From contig JAWQFM010000021.1 in NCBI GenBank assembly GCA_033442325.1, positions 1 through 12,852 on the forward strand: a stretch of DNA of 12,852 nt, read 5' to 3'. The DNA is from Salpingoeca rosetta. Taxonomy: Eukaryota > Protista > Choanoflagellata. The notes below the pieces were generated by a model that saw nothing but the letters and a program-made list of their open reading frames with translations, made no database searches and was not told the origin of the DNA. The position numbers and the translations under genes are program-made. Shown here piece after piece: positions 1 to 12,852 of the stretch (position 1 is its first letter; the number at the start of each line of letters is the position of its first letter).

Positions 1-216
1 GTGTGTGTGTGTGTGTGTGTGTGCTCGCTTCTTTCCGTTGCCCATGTGCGCCTGTGGTGGACGCATGTTTAATGCCGCGCTTCCCAACAGCAACAATTTC
101 CCTTCACGTATTGGCACATCCTTTGTCGCCCTCTGCCCAGCTCTCACAATTGCGTTGTCACTGCATCACCATCATCACGACGACGACGACGACCACCACC
201 ACCGCCGACTAAACAG

Positions 217-4194
<3,978 letters not shown>

Positions 4195-4238
4195 GTGCGT
4201 CAGCTTGCAGGGCTTCTTGCTTTGTTGGCAATTGCCTG

Positions 4239-4240
<2 letters not shown>

Positions 4241-4333
<93 letters not shown>

Positions 4334-4335
4334 TG
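4241..4335 (+). repeat. (GT)n microsatellite, about 45 units
   Basis: Direct reading. Confidence 0.97.
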
Positions 4336-4958
4336 AGGGAGGAGCAGGATGTCAATTGATGTCAATTGATGAACAAAGAGGAAAAGAAAAAGGAGGAACA
4401 GAAAGACCAGATGTGAGTGTGCTGTGGTGAAAGGCCCAACCCAACGGTGGTGGTGATTGTGTGAAACGGCGTCTTGGTGGGAGAAAGAGATAATGGAGAG
4501 GCTGAGTGTTTGGGGAGAAGAAAGAAGGGAACACCGCTGCAAGCACAACAGCAAATGAGCACCAAGGAACAAACAGCGCCCAGAAGCAACGTCAAAGGTG
4601 GAAGGAAGAAGTGGACACGGAATCGGAAGGAGGATGAGGAAGAACGAGGGAAAGGAGGAAGAACAACAAAGCACAAGGGCGTCGCATGTGGAAAAGAGAA
4701 GGAACACGTTTGTCATGTGGAAAAAAGAGAAGGAACAAGATGATCATCATGTCATGTGCACTTGTTGCTTCATGCTTGTTGGGAGTTGGCTGTTGGGAGT
4801 TGCACGCACACACACACACGCACACGCACACACACATGCACACACACATGCACACACACACATGCACACGCACGCACACGGTCGGGTTCTCCCACCATCA
4901 CACAGCAGCACAGCAGCACACAAGCAAGCTGGCAAGGTGGGTTCCACTGCACGCTCAC

Positions 4959-5780
4959 CTTCTTTGCTTTCCTTGGGAAAAGAAATGCAAACGGGTTCGT
5001 GCTGTTGCTGTTGCTGCTGCTGTTGGCTGCTGGGTTGCTGTCGTGGGTGGTTGGTGTTGCTCACGGAAATTTCCTCGCAATCACCAAAAGCAAGGCACGG
5101 CACGGCGATGTTGGGAATTGAGAAGGCGCGGCGGGGAAATTGGGCGGCAATGGCTCGCGACAGGGCAGCTGAGGCGAAGAAAGGCAATGATGGTGTGGAG
5201 GGGAGGGTGCTGAGGTGGGGTTTGCTGATGTGAACGTATCAATGCGCGCTCGCTCTCGGGCCTGGTCGGTTGTTGCAAGATGTTGCGCAGCCGCAGCAGC
5301 TATTCTCGGGTGGGTGTTGTGTGGCGGTTTTTGTTTGTGTTTGAATGGAAGGAAGGATGCGCTGTGGCGGTTTTTTTGTTTTTGTTTTGTTCGGGTGTGG
5401 CAGGTTGGGGCGTGGCTTCGTTTGTGCTTGCTTGCTTGGCGAGCTGGTGATGATATTTGGGGCGCGCGCGCGGGCTTGCGCGGTCTCCTGGTGTTTGGCG
5501 CTGTTGGCTGGTCGGGAAGGGCGTGTGTGCTTTGGTTTGCTTGTTTGGCCAGTGTGCGCTTGCTTTGCTTCGCTTGTGGTTTTTTTGTGCTTGCTTCGTT
5601 TGAGGGGTAACGGTCGAGTTTTGGCGGCACAACCAACCAACCAACAACGCGCAATGCTGACCAAGGCGCGAAGTAGGAGGAGCGCGTTTGCGTGTTTGCT
5701 TGCGTGTGTGTGCGAGTTGGCTTGCGTGCGTGTTTGTGTGTGTTCGAAAACCTTGATGACGGTGGTGGTGGCGAATGAAA
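4959..5780 (-). other. Putative 5' (probably untranslated) exon region of a minus-strand transcript; 5' boundary uncertain
   Basis: Strong minus-strand donor AAG|GTGAGC at 4959/4958, followed by (GT)n on the minus strand (4805-4878), the same layout as the phase-consistent introns of the ABC gene. No convincing coding frame. Confidence 0.35.
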
Positions 5781-6030
5781 ATGTAAATGTCAGCCATTGG
5801 CGCCACAACGAGTCCGCGAACTGCTCGAGCATGCCCATGCATGTTTGCCGACGACGACAACGACACCCGAAAATACACACACGGAGTTTCTGCAAACGCT
5901 TGTGCAAATCGCAGATCAGGCTGCAATTGGCAAAGGGCAACTGAACCGACATTCATACTTTTTGTGCTGTTCAGATTCAACGTCCCTTGCGTTGTGGAAA
6001 ATAGCCGGGAAACTCACCTAATTTTCCGGA
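5780..6030. promoter_or_regulatory. Putative bidirectional promoter region
   Basis: Microsatellite-poor stretch between divergent first donors (minus 4958, plus 6057). Contains two ATTGG (reverse CCAAT) motifs near 5796 and 5926. Inference only. Confidence 0.25.
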
Positions 6031-6409
6031 TCCGCACAGCACACAGCAGGCAGACGGTGAGCTGGGCTCGCGGTTGTTTGTGTGTGGTGATGCGCAGGCA
6101 GGCGGAAGAGAGTGTGTGCGTTGGGCGAGGCTCAAGTTGAAGAGCAACGAAGTGGGAGATGGGATGCGGGGATGGGGTTGGTGTTGGTGCACACCTGTGT
6201 GTGCATGTGTGCATGTGTGTATGTGTGTGTATGTGTGTGGGCTGCGAACAAAGAGCAGTTCACTGTGTTATGCTGCGTGCGTTTTGGTTGTTCTTCCTTT
6301 CCTGCTCTCATGCACACGCATGTGATCTCATTCTCATCCTGTGTGCGAATGGATTGCGCCTTGTTTGTATCGTTGGTGAAGTGCCGTTCAGACGAGAGCA
6401 AACACACAC

Positions 6410-6451
<42 letters not shown>

Positions 6452-6708
6452 CCGACGTGCACAGGTACAGAAAGGTGTGATTCACACTTGCGCTTGCAGT
6501 TCTTTGCGTGCGAGCCATCTTCCGTGTTTTTGTCAATGTCATGTGGTGTGTGTGTGTGTGCGTGATGTGGTGTGATCTTCTCACCTGATGACACGAAACA
6601 ACCACACACAAACACATCCCACACACACACACACATATCCCCCCCACACACACTCGCACGCACATATGCTTTTGCCAGACGCCCGTCGCTGCATTGGTGT
6701 GATCAGCC

Positions 6709-6773
6709 ATGTCCACCAGCGAGCTGACCGAGGCCCTCCTCGGTGGCGCCACACACGAAAGCGACGACGGTGC
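6709..6773 (+). CDS. Probable N-terminus of an unknown protein (MSTSELTEALLGGATHESDDG...) running into the assembly gap
   Basis: GCCATG context and coding-like codon usage. Acceptor ttttgccag ends at 6678 after a CA tract. Upstream donor cg|gtgagc at 6057 and a possible micro-exon from 6452 to 6464 or 6474 suggest a spliced 5' UTR. Confidence 0.5.
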
Positions 6774-6873
6774 NNNNNNNNNNNNNNNNNNNNNNNNNNN
6801 NNNNNNNNNNNNNNNNNNNNNNNNNNNNNNNNNNNNNNNNNNNNNNNNNNNNNNNNNNNNNNNNNNNNNNNNN
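6774..6873. other. Assembly gap (100 N)
   Basis: Run of exactly 100 N, usually a placeholder of unknown size. Confidence 1.
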
Positions 6874-6874
6874 C

Positions 6875-6876
<2 letters not shown>

Positions 6877-6953
<77 letters not shown>
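6877..6953 (+). repeat. (CA)n microsatellite at the contig edge
   Basis: Direct reading. Confidence 0.97.
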
Positions 6954-6955
<2 letters not shown>

Positions 6956-6965
6956 TCCTATTCAC

Positions 6966-7330
6966 CTGCGTGGAAGTTGAAGAACTGGTGGATGGGCCTG
7001 TAGCGACCGCTGATCTTGACGAGCCCCTGCGCAACAACGCCTTCCTTGTACGCGTACATCGGTGATGGTAACGGTGATGGTAAAGGTGATGGTGATGGCA
7101 GTGAGCGACAAGGGAGGGAAGTGAAGCCGAGGTCAAAAGTTCAGCATGCGCAGTGCATCATCATGTTCAATTCACCATGGCACCATCATGCTTGATACAC
7201 GGTTTGGAACACGCGGTGTTACGCACAGGCGTACACAGCACACACACGCACATACACGAGCACGTACTGACCTCAGGGCAGCTGGTGTAACAGGGGAAGA
7301 TGATGCTCTCAACTGACATCCTCTTGGTGC
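6966..7330 (-). CDS. Two probable exons of an unidentified minus-strand gene (7330-7272: TKRMSVESIIFPCYTSCPE; about 7059-6966: MYAYKEGVVAQGLVKISGRYRPIHQFFNFHA), continuing into the gap
   Basis: Minus-strand donors gag|gtcagt (7271) and cag|gtgaat (6965), each followed by GT-rich tracts. Phase-0 join; C/G-ending codons. The second acceptor is ambiguous. Confidence 0.55.
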
Positions 7331-7426
7331 CTGCATCTCATCATGCCGCAGTGCATGGCCTGGTCGATCGAGGTTGTGTGTTCGTGAGTGTGTGAGTGAG
7401 TGTGTGTGTGTGTGTGTGTGTGAGTG

Positions 7427-7466
<40 letters not shown>

Positions 7467-8048
7467 GTTGTGTTTGTGAGTGTGTTAGAGAGTGAGCGAG
7501 GGTGAGAAGCACATTGCCATTGCTATGGGTGAACGCTGTGCCTCGTCTGCGACAACACGAACACGTGATGTTGATTGTGATGGTGCGGTCAACATGTCTG
7601 TTGACGAAAGGAAACAACTCATCAAAGCACAGCGCGTGTGGAAGAACAAACAAACCTGTGTGGTGGTGTTGTTGGCATTTCTTTGGCTGCTGCCTGCAGT
7701 GGTGCGGATGATGATGGGCAGTGGCGGACGAGGAAAGCAACCACAGCAACTACCACAGAAACAAAGCTGGTTGTAGAAAGAACAGCAGAGACAAGCAAGA
7801 AGACAGCTCACACACACACACACATGTGAGTAAGAAGAGTGATGAAGTGAGGGACAACATCACAACCATTGCCACCTGCTTCATCAGCACAGTGAGGTGC
7901 GCGCAAGCCAACAACAATGACTGGAACATGCGAGCGACACTTTGGCTTGTTCACCTGTCGTTGATGTGCACCCTTGGTATACCAGCCTTGCTTGGTGTGG
8001 GTGTCACGACGCAATGCGCTCGTCCGTCATTGCCCCCTCCCACCACAA

Positions 8049-8063
8049 ACACACACAGCACAC

Positions 8064-8139
<76 letters not shown>
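8049..8139 (+). repeat. (CA)n microsatellite ending at the 8140 acceptor
   Basis: Direct reading. Confidence 0.95.
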
Positions 8140-8140
<1 letters not shown>

Positions 8141-10030
8141 CCATCGTTGGTGCCGGCCATCCTAGACGCATTCTCAGACCTCAAGTACGAACACGACGTT
8201 GATGATGTTGGTGGTGGTGTTGTCGATGATGCTGTGTATCTGCGGTGTGATCCTCAGTCACCATGTTCTTGGATTGCGACGCAGCCATTCCACCACCATC
8301 CCTCACCCATCTACCCTCCCCCCCCCCCAACACACACACCACGACCACCCTCATCCACACCCTTGCTGTGCAGTGTGGCGCCGGCACGCCTGCGCCAGAT
8401 CTGCGATCACGTGTTGGGCCAGCTTGGATCGCACAGTCCAGAGTGCCTCCCAATCGTCATCAAGTTTCGCATGCAGCAAGGTGGTGGCGGTACTGTTGAG
8501 GGCGGCGAGGAGTGGGAGATGATGCCACAGTGTGTGACTGTGTGACGGCGATCTCACATGCGCTTGTCTGCAAGTGTCGCTGTGGCTTGTTCTCTCGCAG
8601 CCGCTCCCTCACATGCCTTGCACACACTCACACACATGCACGTTGATGTTCCGCGGATGGAATGGATGCGATTGCGCTGACAGCGAACATGATCGACTCC
8701 TCCACCATGCAACACCAGCAACGGGGCGATGATCACGATGTGTTTGTCTGTGGTGGCTGCCATCAAGAACGGGCTCGCATTTGATGCGCGCATTACAAAG
8801 GCGTGGCTGCGGCCAACTCAAGACGACCACGGCCCAGCCAATCACCGCCCTCGACCTGCTTGTGCTGCTGCTGCTTCACCAAGCACCAGAACGCCCACTG
8901 CCGCGGCGCAGAGACCACCGTGATCAAGCTTGCAAGCACGGGCCGGCTCACCGCCGCCATGGCCGCTGCCACGTTTGCCAGACACACGCGCGCGTTCTTG
9001 ATGTGCTTCAAGTCGATTGTGCACATGATCGACATCCTGAACCGGCAGCAGGAGGCCGCGTGCCGCCACCTCGCCTCCACGGCCGGAGGTGGTTGGGGCG
9101 CTGGTGGCGCACATTGGCACGGGGCAGGCACAGGAGGTGGACGCAGCCATGCCCGTGCTGCTATGTCGCTGGCCACAGGCCACCTGAAGTTGCTGCACCC
9201 GATTGCGCTCATGCTGAACGGCATCCTGGACTGCCTGAGCAACCTGCACTTCATCCACATCCGGCAGCTCTTCCGTGTCCCGACCACGCTCACGTCTGAC
9301 CGCTAGCGCACTGCCGCCGCAGGCCTCAGCATTGATGACGAGAACGAGGATGGTGGGTGAGATTGTGTTTGAGTGTGTGTGTGTGTGTGTGCGGATGAAC
9401 GTGTGTGCATGAACTTGTGCGTTGGGGAAGGCGTGTTGGACAACATCATGTCCTTCCATGAAGAGTGTCTCTCACCCTTCTCATTCAACCACCACCACCA
9501 CCACCAACACCACCACAATCCCTTCTGCATTGCACTGGGTGTACGGCAGCTGTCTCAATCGAACGAAGAGCTGAAACGCACCGGCACCATCGCCGCCGCC
9601 ACCGTCACCCGCACCTTGTTCGCTCTTGCCAACGACGCAGACATCTCCATCGACCGTGCGTTCGTGCATGCGTGTGTGCGTGTGTTCATGTGTGTGCGTG
9701 TTTGCGTGCGTTTGCGCCCTTGTTTGCAGTTCACCTGAGTCCCCCGTGTGGACTTGTCGTGCTCCTCATCATCCACGACTCACCTGTCTCCGCGCCTGTC
9801 CAACAGGCGACCATCTCTCCTCACTGTTGCAGGCATTGCACTTCATCTATGTCGACAAGTGTGTTCAGCTGACATGCTCCGTTGCCACAACGCCTCCACG
9901 TCCACGCCCAGTCATTTGCCCTTCTATCGTGGCGTCGTTTCCTCCCCTCCCCCCACCGCCAGCACCAACAACCATCAAGAGCAAGCACATCTGTCGGGAT
10001 GCGTGCACGGGGATGGCGGACTCACCATCG
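8141..10030 (+). pseudogene. FANCD2: Fanconi anemia group D2 (FANCD2)-like unprocessed pseudogene fragment (middle of the protein)
   Basis: Colinear blocks matching recalled FANCD2 sequence. PSLVPAILDAFSDLN/VAPARLRQICDHVLGQLGSHSPECLPIVIKF (exons 8141-8184, 8374-8480) vs 'VPILDVLSSL..LEDLPVIIKF'. VVAAIKNGLAFDARITKAWL..HR/LDLLVLLLLH vs 'VIKSAIRYEKTISEAWI..HKVFDLVMLFIIY'. EVVGALVAHIGTGQAQEVDAAM vs '[22 protein letters not shown]'. LNGILDCLSNLHFIHIRQLFRV vs '[22 protein letters not shown]'. VRQLSQSNEELKRTGTIAA vs '[20 protein letters not shown]'. Within exons the blocks fall in different frames, with stops at 8678, 8690 and 9304. Confidence 0.85.
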
Positions 10031-11009
10031 ACCCACCGCCGCCACGGCCGCTTGGCTTCAGGTCGCTCGCCGACCCCGACGTACCCGTGTGTTGGCCGCC
10101 GAGACCCCCAAGCGCACGTTACAGCCCGACAACACCGTCAACACGATTGTGGTTTGAGCAGACGGACGGGTGCGCCCCAAGCGCGGGAGACGTGCTCTAG
10201 CTTCTCGTCGGAAGGACACGCACGTGGTCGTCAGCGAGAAGACGCTGCAGGCACCGTTCGAGACGAAGCTGCAGCTGCTGTCGGGGATTGCCGCCGAGTT
10301 TGCGGGTACTGTGCACAGCAAGACCGACGTGGAGACAAGACTGCGGAAGCACGCTGCCGAAACGCGAACCTCTTCGTGTTCCTGATGTCGCTGCAGCCCT
10401 TTGTGTGGTGGAACCTGTCGCACGCTGGGGACGCGCAACCTGAACCCGGAGGAGGAGACGATAGAGGAGGTGCAGCACGAGAGTTGGGCGCATCCCCGAC
10501 TAGCGTGGGCCTGCAGCGACGACGTGCTGTTCCGCACGGTCGCGGACGGACAACGAGTCCAGGCTAGCGACCCAGCCCTCCGACGAGGCTGCTGGGCGTC
10601 GTGCACGTTGAGTAACTGACCTGTTGCCGATGCCCCACACATTCACGTGCTGATGGAACTACTTTTCCGCCAACCGCGCCCTGGAGCTGATACGCAAGGC
10701 GGGCGTTGTGGGCGTGGACGTGGACGTGGGAGTGAAAGAGGACCTGTTTGCTTGCCAGTGTATGGTTGACGTGTGGTGTGGTAGTATGCTCGTTGCTTGT
10801 CAGCCGGTTGAATTGCGTGAAGAGTTTACCAAAGTGTGAAACAAGCAACGTCAAGCAAGTAAAAGCAAGGGGAAAGCAAGCACGTGAAGGAAAGACAGGA
10901 GCAAAGGAGCAAAGTGACCAACCAGCAAACCAGCAAGCACAGACACACACACACATACACACACACACACGCACGCACGCAAACACATACACACACACAC
11001 ATACCTGTG

Positions 11010-12798
11010 CTACAAGACACTGCAGCAGCCACCTGAGTCACTGGGCAGAATTGCACCTTGAACCTTCACATCAGCACCGCGAATGCGCCGCAGTTCGCGC
11101 TCCGCGTCGCGCGTGTCTGGGTGGTCTGGGCCGACCGTGCTTGTGTAACCGTCGAGGGCCCGCTGCATGTAGGCGCAGGCCTGCTCCTTGTCACCGCGCG
11201 TGTCGTGCAGCAGGCCGATGTTCTCAAGCGTCATGGCTACGCTCGAGTGCTTCTCCCCCAGCGTCTCCACCTTGACGGCGAGCGCCTGCTCATAAACCTC
11301 AACCGCCTTGTCGTACTCGCCCTTGTCGGCGTAGGCGGCGCCGAGGTTGTTGTACGTCTGTGCCGTGCTCGGGTGCTTTTCACCCAACGCCTCCACCTTG
11401 ATGGCGAGCGCCTGCTCATAAACCTCAACCGCCTTGTCGTACTCGCCCTTGTCGGCGTAGGCGGCGCCGAGGTTGTTGTACGTCTGTGCCGTGCTCGGGT
11501 GCTTCTCACCCAACGCTTCCGCCGTGATGGCGAGCGCCTTCTCGTACAGCGCAATCGCTCTGTCGTACTCGCCCTTGCTGTAGTAGGCGCTGCCGAGGTT
11601 GTTGTACGTGCTCGCTGTGCTCGGGTGTTTCTCGCCCAGCGTCTCCACCGTGATGGCGAGGTCCTTCTCGTAAAACGCAATCGCTCTGTCGTAGTCGCCC
11701 TTGTTCTTGAAGGCGATGCCGAGGTTGTTGTACGTCTGTGCCGTGCTCGGGTGCTTCTCACCCAACGCTTCCACCGTGATGGCGAGGTCCTTCTCGTAAA
11801 ACGCAATCGCTCTGTCGTAGTCGCCCTTGTTCTTGAAGGCGATGCCGAGGTTGTTGTACGTTATGGCTGTGCTCGGGTGCTTCGCGCCCAACGTCTCCAC
11901 CTTGATGGCGAGGGCCTTCTCATGGTACGCAATCGCCTTGTCGTAGTCGCCTTTGCTGTGGTAGGCGATACCGAGGTTGTTGTACGTCTGTGCCGTGCTC
12001 GGATGCTTCTCACCCAGCGTCTCCACCCTGATGGCGAGGGCCTTCTCATAAAACGCAATCGCCTTGTCGTACTCGCCCTTGCTGTAGTAGGCGAGGCCGA
12101 GGTTGCCGTACGTGTTCGCTGTGCTCGGGTGCTTCTCGCCCAGCGTCTCCACCTTGATGGCAAGGGCCTTCTCATAGAACACAATCGCCTTGTCGTACTC
12201 GCCCTTGTCGCTGTAGGCGATACCGAGGTTGTTGTACAACGCCGCCACGTTCCTCCCCTTCTCCCCTTCAGTGCGGAGGTAAACCGCCAGCGCTGTCTCG
12301 TAGTAGGCAATGGCGCGGTCGTGCTCGCCAAACTGCTTCAGCACCAACCCAACGTGGCCGCACAACTGCGCGAAGGCGTCAGTGCTGTCCTCGCCTCGTG
12401 CCCGCATGGCTTCCACGGCACCCACCGCCTTTTGCAGGCACCACGCGCGCAGCTGGTCCTTCACGGCCTGGTTGACTGCGCTGAAGCCGCCCGCCCACGA
12501 CTGGATCGCCGTGAAGATCATGTGCTTGTCGTGTGGGTTGAAGGCGTCGGCTCGCTCTGCCTGCACGCGCACCAGCGTGTCTGTGACGGCTTTAAAGTCA
12601 CCCGCGATGGCGTTTTCGAGTGCCTGTTCTTCGCTGTTGGGTAGTTGGATGGTGACCTCTGTGCCTTCGTTGCTGATGCCACAGAAGATCTCCCACAAAC
12701 ACCACGCGCGTGTCAAGGGAACAGGGTCTCGCCACGGCATGAGCACCAGCAGCACATGGCCAATGTTGGCAATCGACTGCTTGAACGTGGTGCTCCAC
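11010..12798 (-). CDS. TPR-repeat protein (kinesin-light-chain/TPR_12-like 42-aa repeats) with N-terminal TIR/HET-like domain and C-terminal CaaX; last coding exon only, 5' exons lie beyond the window
   Basis: Acceptor ctttctcgacacccag| at 12799, then an open frame WSTTFKQSIANIGHVLLVLMPWRDPVPLTRAWCLWEIF... through 10 TPRs to SGGCCSVL-TAG (11012-11010). Confidence 0.92.
11241..12248 (-). repeat. Coding tandem array of eight highly similar 126-bp units (42-aa TPR)
   Basis: Consensus TAxTYNNLGxAYxxKGEYDKAIAFYEKALAIxVETLGEKHPS; 8 x 126 = 1008 bp exactly; one divergent capping TPR on each side. Confidence 0.95.
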
Positions 12799-12852
12799 CT
12801 GGGTGTCGAGAAAGGGAAAGGGGAGGAATTGGGGTGGAGGGAAGACGAAGAC

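Noticed and set aside
4348-4738. Short direct duplications (gatgtcaatt x2; catgtggaaaagagaaggaaca x2) as transposon target-site duplications
   Set aside because: Adjacent slippage-type duplicates with no intervening element, terminal repeats or transposase.
6721-6741. ELTEALL as a dileucine sorting signal
   Set aside because: Spacing does not fit [DE]xxxL[LI] and the rest of the protein is in the gap.
6452-6773. + strand exons near the gap as the missing ABC NBD
   Set aside because: No V.F.Y, Walker A or other NBD motif seen.
7492-7776. 94-aa + ORF with a hydrophobic stretch
   Set aside because: Lacks the local coding codon bias, flanking splice signals and any recognisable motif.
8678-9306. 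Stops and frameshifts in FANCD2 as programmed recoding (selenocysteine, frameshifting, editing)
   Set aside because: Lesions are heterogeneous, include a deletion and a lost acceptor, and neighbouring genes read cleanly with the standard code; decay is simpler.
11241-12248. Regularly spaced repeats as a CRISPR array
   Set aside because: Contiguous 126-bp in-frame coding units with no unique spacers, in a eukaryotic context.
11058-12644. 528-aa + strand ORF (and the R/T-rich shifted-frame ORFs) overlapping the TPR gene
   Set aside because: Antisense or shifted-frame shadow of a GC3-biased repeated exon; one stop-free unit propagates through the array.

Overview
Eukaryotic, intron-rich, microsatellite-laden DNA. 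The (GT)n/(CA)n-filled introns, GC3-rich exons and 'LGEKHPSTA' TPR family suggest a choanoflagellate such as Salpingoeca rosetta (inference). Most of the supplied ORF track is microsatellite or antisense noise. Manual splicing gives: (1) a + strand 9-exon, 639-codon piece of an ABCB-like transporter (extra N-terminal membrane domain plus ABC TMD) that stops at the start of the NBD next to a long (GT)n; (2) a putative divergent promoter region with 5' exons on both strands; (3) a 100-N gap flanked by gene fragments; (4) an intron-retaining FANCD2-like pseudogene with several frameshifts and stops, lacking the lysine equivalent to the monoubiquitination site; (5) the terminal coding exon of a minus-strand protein combining a TIR/HET-like 'RAWCLWE' domain, ten 42-aa TPRs (eight near-identical 126-bp units with clustered variable sites) and a C-terminal CCSVL lipidation motif. 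This last gene is the best candidate for an interesting system: a putative membrane-anchored, repeat-diversified immune-type receptor. Family assignments come from recalled motifs, not database searches.
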